Of a stretch of DNA of 64,000 nucleotides, positions 11,701-24,300 are shown piece after piece; the stretch's first letter is position 1; every line of letters begins with the position of its first letter. Made by a program: the position numbers and the translations under genes. The notes under the pieces were generated by a model. The model worked only from the letters and a program-made list of their open reading frames with translations, searched no databases and was not told the origin of the DNA. This DNA is from Podarcis pityusensis (lineage: Eukaryota), in NCBI GenBank assembly GCA_964106645.2, contig OZ067047.1; one strand, given 5' to 3'.

Positions 11701-14700
11701 CAGTCGAATGGACTTCCGGAACGGATTCTGTTCGACTTCCAAGGTACGACTGTATATAAAGGTTATATAATTAAAATCTTGCCTAGTGTAACCTTTTGTT
11801 TTTTGCTTTCCATAATCCTTTTGTAGCATCATCTCCAGTGCAGCCTCCGTATTTTGAATGCCCTGCTGGATACTTTTCTCCTACCATTCCACAAATAACA
11901 CTGCCTCTTGCAGCACAGATTTCAGTAAGTGCTTTTTCAAGATGGTCGTTTTGAAGTAGAAACATTTGAAACCAGAAATATTGTTAGACCAGCCTATCTT
12001 TAAATTATGATGCGCTTCTCTTTTGTGTGCATCCCTTCAGGCTGTCTTGGAAGTTATTTGTTCTGGTATATATTGAAATGGGACTTGGCCTGGATCAAAA
12101 TTATTTCTAGTCCCACTCTTATTACTGATTAATGCTAGTACTCATACTCACTGAGCTTCTATATCCTGTGCTACCTATTTCTTCTACTGGAAATATAAAT
12201 AAAAAATCCCCAGTCATTATATAGCTACTTACTACTAAACTTTTGTGCGTTTTTAGAGTTGTGTTGCTTAAATGTTATTTAAGGAACTAAAATGAATAAT
12301 TAAAATCACTTACCTGGGAGTAAGTTCAACTGCTTAGTGCAGTCTAGTACTGGCGACTAATGGTTTTGAATAAGCAAGTCATTCTCTGTTATTTTCTGTC
12401 TTGGAAAATCTTGATTTTCAACTGCAGTGTCTTGGCTTTTGGAGTTGCTGATGTTTTGTATTGAAGCGTAGCATGAGCCAAATGTGCTTGGCACACTATT
12501 TGTGAAGGTCAAGTAGTAATTAAGCTATTTCTCTTTTCCTTTCCAACGTTTTAAGGCTTTGCCACCAGGTAGCCAGTTGTACGTGGAAGGTATTTCAAGT
12601 GCTTCTCTTGAGCCACTACCACCCCTTCCTCCACTTCCACCTGAAGAACCTGAACAGCCACCCAAACCGCCATTTGCAGATGAGGAGGAGGAGGAAGAAA
12701 TGTTGCTGCGAGAAGAGCTACTTAAATCTCTAGCAAACAAACGAGCTTTCAAACCGGAGGTATTCATCACTTCTAAATATAGCCACTAGATGTCAGCCTT
12801 GGTGCATTATGATCTGCATCACACCAGAAAACTTTGTTGTGTTACTTTGGAAAAACAAAAGTGTGACTGGACAACTTGAAGGTGGCATGCAGTTCTTTAA
12901 CCAGCGTAATCTGTTCTTTAACCTTAAAAGTTTAAAGTTCTCTTGGTTAGGGTTAAATTTGCTGTAAACTGAACAAGTTGCCTCCCACTTGTTTGGTATT
13001 GTCCTAGCTATTTCAGCTGGATCATTAGTAGGATTATGACATTTCACATGGTTGAAATCTGAGCAACGATTACTTCACTTACCACTGATGTTGGCCATTT
13101 CCATGCTCAGTGGCTTCTGTTGTCGTTAAAAATCTATGCCTTCTAAAATGGCAGCTTCTAACAGGTTGAGCAGGCTTTGTTTGTGTTACGTTTTTGCAGC
13201 ATTTGTGTATTTAAATATTTAAAAGCCTTTCACAGTGGCTTTTCTGATTATTTATTTATTTATAGGAGAACTCAAGTAATAGTGGTCCACCTTCACCGCC
13301 TTTCCCCAATAACTCCCATGCCGTGCCAAGAAGCAATCTTTCAGCCGTCAGTATTAACACTGTTTCTCAACCTCGTGTAAAGAACACAAAGATTATTAGA
13401 GTACCAAGACTCCCACGAACAGTGATTACGGTAATGAAATATTTTTTACTTGGCTTCATATAGAAAGGTGCATCATGTTTGAGGTTAACACTGCCAAAGT
13501 AGGGCAAGAAACTAACATGCAAAATCCTAGGTAGTTGGCTTGTGCTGATTCGGCAGCTGGGAACAGTAGCATTTTGGAGGTGGGTTAGGTTGGTTCCTGT
13601 GTACTGTTTCAAAGAAGAGCAAGGCCACTATTCTTAAGAGAGTTGCTCACTCAAAATTATTTAACCTTTTATTTCTTTAGCTTCCAAAGCACAAGTCAGT
13701 CGTGGTTACACTGAATGATTCAGATGACAGTGAATCGGATTCAGAACAACCCATCTCTGCTGCTAGTGTGTTTGGTGGCCTAGAATCTATGATCAAAGAA
13801 GCTCGAAGGACTGTAGAGGTAAATAAAATGGATGTGGATGTGGAAATGACATTCTTTGAAAAGAGCACATGAAATTTAGTTTTTAAAATCTTAACCTGCA
13901 TTTGCTGTGCACTGCAATGGCCAGCTGTGTAAAACAGACTTCCTTGTCTATAGGTAGGAGAACAGGAAGGACAGACCCTCCAAGTGTCCCTATTTTCTAG
14001 GGACATCTCTGATTTAGAGAAGCTGTCCTGGTTTCTGATTTGATCCTGGAATGTCCTGCTTTTCCTTAGGACGCCCCTGTTTTCATTGGAGAAATGTTGG
14101 AGGGTATGGCATTATCTGACCCCCAAGCCGTCTGAAGGCAATCCTGTATAGGGAGGGTTTTTTAAAAAAATGTTTTATTATGTTTTTATATATGTTGGAA
14201 GCAGCCCAGAGTGGCTGGGGCAACCCAGTAAGATGTGTGGGATATAAATAGTAAAATGATCGTTCTGGAATGGGACATCCCTATTTTTATTGGAGAAATG
14301 TTGGAAGGTATGGGTAGTCTTAATTGGTTCAGAAGTTACGAGAAACAAATTATTCCTTTCAGAGAAAAGTTCATCCCAGTTCTTGGGCCCACCTTCTGAC
14401 AAGGAGTGAAAGTCATTGCCAGCCTTTTATCTTTAAGTACATTTTGTCTTATTTTCCTTCCTGCACCTGATGTGAAAGCAGGAGCTTAGTAATTGTTCGC
14501 ACTGATCCCTTTGGGTAGCTATACAATAAGCAGATCACCTGTCAGAGCTCCGGGTCTCCTTTCTCATGTTCTCATTCAGTGAAGGAGGTCCTGTTTCACA
14601 CTCTTGCTGGTGAAGACTGCTAGTTGAGCACAGGAGTCGGCAGCACGGCACTGCTTTCTTGTCCTGGCCCTCATTTTTAATTGGGGATACGAGATAGTCA

Positions 14701-17700
14701 ATGCATATTTACTTTGGGCTCCAGCAGTGTGGCAGCAGTGTGCCTCTTTCAGTAGGTGTGTGCCACAGCGGGTTTTCCAAAGAATTGCCCATAATAGTCT
14801 GTTTACTCTGGAACCCACTGCGGAATGTGGTTCTGCTTCAGAGTATCCTTGTTCTGCCTGGTCTTCTACCATTAAATGAAAACAAGAAGTTGGACATAAC
14901 TTTACAGAAGGAATCTTCATAGCTAGGTAGGAGAGCATGTAAGATCTTGCCAGCACTAGAGAAGGATTTGACTTTTGGGTGGCTGTGGGGGCAAGTTGCA
15001 TCCTGTTAAAATAAGCTATAACTTGGACTCATAATATCCTTTTGAAAGTGTTTTTTTGCTACTTACTTTTCCCTTATATTTCTCTGGATATTCTGGTTCC
15101 TTTGTGGATGGCTCATTTTTTCCCCTCAAGTCTTACACTTAGTTTGTTATTACTCAAGTTTTTTTTCCCATTCCAAAACTGGAAAGGAACTCTCCTTTTA
15201 AAAGAAGCAAAGTTGGTTGACCCTGCTTTCTGAATCAGTAGAGTTAATCCTGTCTTCTAGATAGAAAGAAACTTTGTGGTAAATCCAATTTCCCTTTCTT
15301 CAATAATTTCAGTTTTTTATTTCGGTTCCTATATATAACGGTGTTGGATTCTTCTGTTACAGGCTTCAAAACCCAAAGCACCTTTAAAATCTGAAAAAGA
15401 AAACAATCCTGTAAGAACCCCAGAGGCCTTACCAGAAGATAAAAAGATTGAATACAGACTCCTAAAAGAAGAGATTGCCAGGTATTTGGGCTTCACACAA
15501 TGAAAATCAAGAAAAGCACGAGTTGTTAGCCAAAAACTGACTGATTTAAAAATCAGTGGCCTGATGTAGTCATCCATATTTTTTAATTATTCTATTTTGT
15601 TTATTTAAAGCCTTGGTTTTATTTATAAATTATCTTGTGAGCTGTTCTAATTCAAAGTGGTAGTGATAACAAATCTGATTTTACTTTCTTGGAAAATAAG
15701 TTTCAGATTTTTGTCTGAAAACTAAAGTTTTGAAAATAATGTGTCTTGAATATTTTAGCAGGGAGAAACAACGCCTGATAATATCTGAACCCTTGAAGAC
15801 AAGTTCATCACCAGCAAACTCTGACGTTGAAGTTGATGGGGTTGGTAGGATAGCAATAGTAACAAAACAAGTTACAGATGCAGAGGCAAAACTCAAAAAA
15901 CACAAGTAAGTCCCCTCATCTTAATGGTAACCCTCCGTAGCAATGGTTAGTATGTGTTGTTTGTGTGTTTGGGACACTTCACTTTAACTACATGCAGGTC
16001 CCACTATCTGCCCACTCGTTACGTAAAAATTCCCTTATCTGAACATGAGAACTTTGCATCCGTACACATACAAGCTGATTTAGATATCGAAACAGCTGGA
16101 CCTGCCTATGAACAAAACACTATGAGAGAATGACTTTCCTTAATCTCAGTGAAAATAAAACAACAGCTTTAAAGCAGCTCGTTTAGTCCTCTTCTTACTT
16201 GTTTGCCTTTTGCTGGTTGGGGGCAGCCTGTTTGGGTGCTGTGCTCGCTGATCCTGGCTCCTTAGTTTTCATTCCCGATGCCTCTCCCCAGCAGCCATCC
16301 TCGCTCTACCCTTGACTCCGATCCTCCCCTTAACTTGTGTGCAGAGAAGTTGCTCATGAAGGAGCAGCACCATGCATGATTGGAACTTCCTGCTAAGCAG
16401 AAGGATTGGATCTTGAATGGTGCTGCTCCTTCACAAGCAGCTTTCCTTGTCTGCTGGGAAACTGCAGTGGTGATCTCCCCACCAGCTCTCTGCTTCTCTG
16501 TGTTTTTCTGCCTGTGCCTTCCCACCCCAGCATAATGCTCACTGCAGCTTCGCAGCATTAAAAAATCCCCCAACAATAACCTTAATATGAACTGTATTCT
16601 TAAATAATACCTAAATACTTTGAACAGTTTAGATGGTGGCTCTAATTTCATACAGCTTTTGTATATAGAAATGAATATAGGTGAAATTTGAACTCCATTT
16701 TCTTTTCTTTAGACTTCTCTTGATGAAGGATGAATCTGTGTTGAAACATCTATTGCAGCAAGAGGCAAAGAAGAAAGAGTCTGTTCGTCTTGCTGAAAGC
16801 AAGATTGCAAAACTTAATGAGCAGTTGCAAGCAGCAGAGAAGATATTAAATGCTAATAAAGTGTTCTTGAAGAAGCTTCAGGAACAAGTAAGTTGTCATT
16901 TTCTATAGCACTATAAAACATGTTTGTTTAACCATAGTGTTGTCGGACAGTCATTTTTTACTAGACATATTTCAGACTAATTTGTTAGCTTATTTGGTTT
17001 ATATCCATGCTTGGGTTCAAATGTGACATCTGAAGAATGCATAAATGTTTCAGATCCACAGAGTACAGCAACGAGTAACAGCAAAAAAAGCGCTAGCATT
17101 AAAATATGGAGAAGAGCTTGCTCGAGCGAAAGCACTGGCTAGCAAAGAACTTGGAAAACGAAAACTTGAATATGATCAGTTTGGAGTAAGTATAGCCTTG
17201 AAAACTATAGACCAGAAAACAAGAATATTAACCGAGAGTTGAAATGAACCTCCAAACATACCTGTGCTTTATAATACCAGTTTTCAGTTATTGGAGAAAG
17301 CATAAGAGATTGTTGCATTATGAACATTGGCCACAATCCAAGTAGCATTCTACTTTTTCTGCTTGCTAAGGAGGGTTTGGAGTTCTTTCTCAAAGGGCAC
17401 CCGTCCTTGCCACATGGAATTTGAAAGTGAGATTTTCAAATTCAATTTGTGATCCGGCACAGGGATCTTGGTGCTCATATATTATCCTTACTATTAAAAA
17501 GTCAAATATCCCATGAAATGCGCCTCATCTGTTGGGTCCATTCTGGGAAATAATAGCTTTCAGAGATCATGTTCAACAGATTTGAATATTAAAACTTACG
17601 CTACTGTACCTAAAAGCTTGTTAACACTTCACTTTATGCTGAGCCTCTGAAATACAGCATGATGTCAGAGACAATCCCCCTCTGCCCATTTCAGACCTAA

Positions 17701-20700
17701 GGTTGGAACTGGGGAAGGCAGTGTGAGGGATTCTGAACAATGTGAAAACATGCCCCTGCTCTCTATGTAGTACAGAGCTCAGCAGGATAAAGGCTTGCCT
17801 AGTAAATGCAAAGAAAAAGCTGTCATTATGTATTCAAGGCCGCACACTTCTTTCTGCCAGCTCAGATGGACAATAGGAGGCAGAGCTGGAGGCTTGGCTT
17901 AAAGTTTGTCAGGTGCTCAGAATATCCCATTAGAACAGAGACAAACTCCCATCTGCTCCCACCAGCTTGGAGCTGCATGGAGGATGCAGAGACTGGCTTA
18001 GTTTGTGCCCTTGCTGGGAAGCAAACAGATCAGTTTGGAGGTTGTATCTGTATTTGTAGGCCAAGTGCACATGTTCCAAGCACCTGACATGCATAGAGTC
18101 AAAACAAATTCCAGGCTGGACTTTGGATTATCCATCCCCTCTCCCTGCTAGTCTAAGTTGGGGGAGAGCCTGGGGTATGTCACCTTTGCTAAGGACTGAA
18201 TGAGCTCTTCCCACGGAGAGCAAAATTGTGGGTTCTCGGAAATATATTTGAAATGACATAGATTAATTGAAACACTAATAGTTATACCACTGGTAAATTA
18301 TGTTCTGTTTTTCCCATTTGTATGTGTGAATTGTCTGGTAAGAATTTAAACTACAAAGCTAGTGTTTTTATTTATTTATCTTGTCTGTAAATGTGAAGTA
18401 CTAAGAATTTTGAGTGTGTTTCTTGGCAGCCAAACAAAATATTGAAATTGGAGAAATCTCCTTCGTCGAGCCCCAAGAAACATTCAGCAGAACTGATTGC
18501 ACTGGAGAAAAAAAGATTACAGCAACTGCAGTATGAATATGCTCTAAAAATTCAGCAGCTGAAGGAGGCCCATGCACATCAGACTAAGGACCGATCAAAT
18601 ATTCTTCCCGTTACAGAAGAGGAACCTGAATTTGCACTACCTCAACCTTCCCTTCATGATCTGACACAAGACAAACTGACATTAGATACAGAAGAGAATT
18701 ATTGTGATGATGAAATTTTGTCCAATTCCACCAGAGAACGAAGGAGGTCTTTCAGAGAATCAAATTCTTCTACTAAACCTAACCTTAAGCACATTGACAC
18801 CCCCAAGCAAGAGACTTCAAGCAAACTTTCTAAAAAGATACTAGAACAACCCGAGCTCTTTTTGGGTCTGAATATTGATGAACTGAAAAAACTTCATGGG
18901 AAAGCTGATGGCTTAAAAGATCTCTTGAGAGAAAATACTATGCTTACGGTTTCTAATGAAGAAAACTTACATGGGCAGGTAATTCAGTATACTAATTAAT
19001 ACTAAAAGATCAAGAGTTTTTTTAATGAATTACTGTGGCTTGAGTCTCTGTATGGTTATATATTGTATCTTTTCCCTAGGAAATAAAAGTGGATGTAGAC
19101 CCTTTCACAGCTCCAAGTAAACAAACAGAAGGGAAGCCATATCCATTTGGACCTTATCATAGCCCACTTCTTGTTTTTAAATCTTACAGGTATGAATACT
19201 GAGTTGAGTAAGGATGCTATGTTGCATAGCGGCTTTGAGTATGGTTGGGGATTTCTGTTGTAAACTCCTTTATATGAAAGGATGGTGAGCTTTGAAGTAG
19301 CAATGGAGAACAGAGTTGTAGAACTATAGCTACATTTATGATTCTTGAAGAGGAAGAGCTCTGCAGATGTGAGAAATTAGAGTTTGGTAGCAAATGTTGC
19401 TAAATCGCTCTTGTACAGTGGTGCCCCGCAAGACGAAAAACTCGCTAGACGAAAGAGTTTTCCGTTTTTTGAGTCGTTCCGCAAGACGAATTTCCTTATG
19501 GGCTTGCTTTGCAAGACGAAACGTCTTGCAAGTTCTTGAGAGTTTGTTTCCTTTTTCTTAAAGCCGCTAAACCGTTAATAGCCGCTAAGCCGCTAATAGC
19601 CGTGCTTCGCAAGACGAAAAAACCGCAAGACGAAGAGACTTGCGGAACGGATTAATTTCGTCTTGCGAGGCACCACTGTATTTGTAATTATTGGACTTTC
19701 ATTTAGAACATCAAACACCAAACTGTAGACAATTTAAATGCATTACATGAAGAGGACACATACACATGTAAACAAAAAACAAAAACAGCTACAAAATACA
19801 TATAGAATACAGTTCTCTCTTAAAAGTGGGTGGTAAGAATTAAGAACTACCAGCTGACTTGGTCTTAAATACTTTCGTGGATGAAAGAAAAACAAGCTTC
19901 TATTCCCTTTTGGGATGAACAACAGGTGATGCTACATATCTGCTTATGGTTATGATTATTTTTGAAAAGTGATATAGCATTCAATTTTAGTATCGTTAGT
20001 ACATGTTCGTGTGTTAACCATGAGCTAATTGTATTGGCCTGGAAATATTAACATCTCATGTTTTTACTTTGCTTAGGTTTAGTCCCTATTTTCGAACAAA
20101 AGAAAAGCTTTACCTCAGTTCAGTATCCTACAGCAATATGATTGAGCCTAAACAGTGTTTCTGCCGTTTTGATCTAACGGGTACATGCAATGATGATGAT
20201 TGTCGATGGTGAGTGATTCTCCCTTTCACCTCATACTTCTTTAATTGAATGATCTCTACTGCAGAGGCTATTGCCTTGGGTTTCCAAGCAAATTTGTCAT
20301 TTGATTAAGAAAGATTTTTGTCTGCTGCAAACCAGTTGCTTATGTTAAAAGAAAAGGAGTGTTCATCGAATAACCTGTTTCACTTTTGTATCCTGGAAAG
20401 GATGGGAATGAGGAGAAAGGTACACAGATGGCTTTTTTGGCCATGGCAGTGGAGGGAATCCCTGACCTTTGCTCTACAAACAGATGCAGGAAGATGAGTT
20501 CCAAAGTGCCTTTTGCAGAGTTTTGAAGGCCTCTTAATACAAGCTGGGGGGGGGGGATTTTGCCACTATTTTCTTGAGCATCCCTTGAATATACTGCTCC
20601 AAGAAAAATAGATCATTTTCTGCCCAGAGCAGAAGGGATTTAGCTTCTATATGAAGGCATCAGAATCTGCCTGTTCAGGTGTGGTTTTGCTGTAGTGTGT

Positions 20701-21332
20701 TTGTGTCCTGCTCTGTGTGTAAAAAGAAATGAACCTGGGGTACATTTAAAGAAATCAGTACAGTGGTACCTCTGGTTACGAATGCTTCAGGTTACGAGCT
20801 CTGCTAACCTGGAAGTAGCTGCTTCTGGTTGCGAACTTTACCCCAGGATGTGAACGGAAATCATGTGCGGAGGTGTGTGCACAGCGGGAGGCCCCATTAG
20901 CGAAAGCATGCCTCAGGATAAGAACGGTTTCAACTTAAGAACGGACCTCTGGAATGAATTACCGTAAGTTCATAATCAGAGGTACCACTATAATGGTAAG
21001 AACTTATATACCCAGGAGCAATAGACAGTATTCTGAACTGCCGGCAGCCAAAGCCCCAAAGCACGTTCTCATTCACCCAGCCAAGAAATAATATGCATGG
21101 TTAAATGCCCAGCGATCCTTTCTCCCATAGTTAGGGTTTTGAAGCAAGGCTCTTGGAGAAGCCTTAATCAATGGAGTGAAGTGGGGTGGGGACACCTACA
21201 GGAAAAGAAAGTCATTGCTATTTGTGTGTGTTTGCAGTCCTTTAGAAGGGTTAGAATAACCCATTTAGTCTCCTCATCAATTCTCATTTTATACACATTC
21301 TTCAGTTTTGATGTTACATGGTATTTGAAATC

Positions 21333-21372
<40 letters not shown>

Positions 21373-24300
21373 CCTGTTCGCTGGATCGAATTGGGAATTA
21401 CAAACTGGTTGCCTGAATGGCTGGACCCTGCCCTCAAAACACTTGTATTCAGCTGCTTGTAGCCGTATCATATTGACATATCTGTGTGACCTTATTTAAA
21501 CTCAGATGATAGCTAACATTTGAACGTGAGGTACAGTATGTCGGAGATGCTCTTCAAAGTTCACTTTGCTTTTGAGTAATAAAAAGTTTGAGATGTGTTC
21601 TGTAACACACTGGGATTTCTGAAGTCAGTCCTAATGAGTAATAGTGGCACCTGAGTATTAGGTGGAGTGCATATGTACACTATCCTGTCTTTTATACACT
21701 TGGCTTGCAGCTGCACACTTCTTAGAGTTTCTGGAAATGTTTTAAATGCTGTTTGAAAATAACATTCACTTACTTTAGGTATGATGTTCACAGAGTCCTT
21801 GGCTGATTTTTAAGTGGGATTATTTTTTATTTCAGGCAACACATGAAAGATTGCACTCTCAGCCGAAGACAGCTGTTTGAAGATGTTCTTTCATACAATT
21901 TAGCTCTGATAGGCTGTTCAGAAAAAAGCACGGATGAAGAGATAAGCACTGCAACAGGTATGTTGCTTGTTGGTCTTGCCAGCAAAGCAATTTAGTTCCG
22001 CAATTAGGTATTCTGGTTTCATAGCCAAAAGTTAAGGAAGCAAGCTGCTTCCTAATGCATGCTTTCACTCTGCACTATATTAATATTAAACAAAGTGTGA
22101 TTCCGCCTTCTGCTGTCATGTGTAAATCTGTAGTTGCTTTGTACTTTTCACCTGTGTAAACTTTCAGCAAAAGATAATAAAAGTGAAAAGTATTTGCAGT
22201 TGTATTGATGGACATTGATGCCACCATTTTGAAACAATTTGTAGTGTTAAAAGTTTCATCAGAGTTCTGTGGATTTGGTCATAGATATACAGTATGAATA
22301 CATATAGTTGTAAACTACTGATAACAATATGTGTCTTAGATATTGCTACCATCTTATTTCAGAAAAATATGTTGAAAAACTGTTCGGTGTGAACAAAGAT
22401 CGCATGGCGATGGATCAAATGGCTGTTCTTCTTGCTAGTAATGTCAATGAAAGCAAAGGTCACAGTAAGTAACTTTTAATATCTCAAGATCCGGTCTATA
22501 GCAGTATTCAGTGGGTTTAAAAAAAAAAATGTAGCTCGATAAGCGAGATTTGCTTTGATGATAAAACACGATGCAAAGAATTTAATGTATACTTCAATTT
22601 AATCTCTTTTGCAAATAGCCCCTCCGTTTACAACTTGGAAAGACAAAAGGAAATGGAGACCTAAGCACTGGGGAAAAACTCATTTGGACAGTGATATCAG
22701 CAGTGAAGAGGAACAGTCTTCTGGACCTATTAAATATGGTAGCATTAATTATTAAATCTGGAATGTTAAGAGTAATTTTGAAAAAGGGCAAAAAAATGTA
22801 CTCGAACACATTTACTTGCCCTGTAATGATAAAACTGATATAGGCATATAGAGCTGGTGTCACAGGTAGGTGGCACCATTTCCATACAGACCCAGTGAAA
22901 CTTAGGTTTGAAAAAATCATTCTGTTGCCTACAATGGAAGACTTTTTTGATGTCTAATTTCAGCAGGGGGCGGGTTGTTATAGGATCCTGCTGGAGCTAG
23001 GAAAGGCCTCTGCAAGTATACATGTGTCTGTAGGCACTGTGTTGGCTTAGTTGTCAAGAGTCCTGTGCCTGAGTCAGTCAGTCATGTTAATTGGAGGAAA
23101 GTGTCCTGAACGTCTTGCACTGCTGTCACTCATGATTCAGCATTGACTCACGTAACGATAAGAAAAAAATCAAAATGTTTAAATAAAATTCTCATAGAAT
23201 ATTAGACAAAAGTAACTCAGTTTATTTTGCCATAACAATTACTGTGTGCGCGCACACATACATACTACTGTTTATCAGTGTGTTTGGCTTTTAGTAGATT
23301 GCTTTTTATTCACACTGAAGTCATAACTTGCTGCAGCTTAAAATGAAAGTTGGATTTCAAATCATGAAAGTTGTGACAATCCTTAAAAAAAGAGAATTGT
23401 TTTTATTTGCAGCTCCCGCAGTACAGAACAGAATAAATCTTCCTGCTCTGGATGCTGTTGTGACGCCGGATGATGTTAGGTATTTTACAAATGAGACCGA
23501 TGACATTTCAAACCTGGAAGCAAGTGTACTTGAGAACCCATATAACGTTCAGCTTTGGATCAAACTGGCCTACAAATATCTGAATCAAAATGAAGGGTGG
23601 GTAATTCTTTCTTTGCAAACAAATCAGTTGCACTTTTTGTCTCAAGCTTCTCACCTGTGCTGTTGGAAGCAAGCTTTGTCGCTAGCATCAAAGGACTCTT
23701 TGTTTCTTTGGCCAGTGTACAAATAGGTTATTGTTTTAAAGCAATGGGGAGTGGAATTGATTTGCTCTTTTGTTGTGCACAGTCCAGAGTAAGCATAATA
23801 AATTATTATTATGCTTTAAAGTGCTTCATTTCAGCATGGAAATAGTAAAAAGGGGTTTCATTTTAAGAAAAATGAAGGATACAATTGATTGGATTTCTAA
23901 GGTTGGTTTTCTTAATTCATGATGATAAAATGGAAAACTCCTTAAGCAAGATGGTAGAAGTCATTTTCAGATGTTTTACGTTTACATCAGGAACCAGCAG
24001 GTGTCTGAGAGTATTGGCAACAAACTGCAGTTGTACTTTACCATCCACAAGTGCCTTAGAGTTACCGTGCAAGTTCCCTGTTCTTCCTCTCACTGCTGCA
24101 TTTCAAATCCCTCAAACTGTTTTAAATACAGAAGAGAAAAAGGTGTTGTATGAAGTGCAGAGAGCCTCTGAAAGGGAAATGCATGTGCATGCCTTGGCAT
24201 TGTACCATGAAACTGAGAATGTGAAAATGAATATATTGCTTTCCTTTCTTATTGAAGATCATCCTCCGAACGCTTGGATTCTGCTTTAAATGTCCTGGCT

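Noticed and set aside
19416-19678. Repeated GCAAGACGAA units resembling an array
   Set aside because: Internal subterminal repeats of a TA-flanked MITE; no constant repeat-spacer period; vertebrate context, not CRISPR
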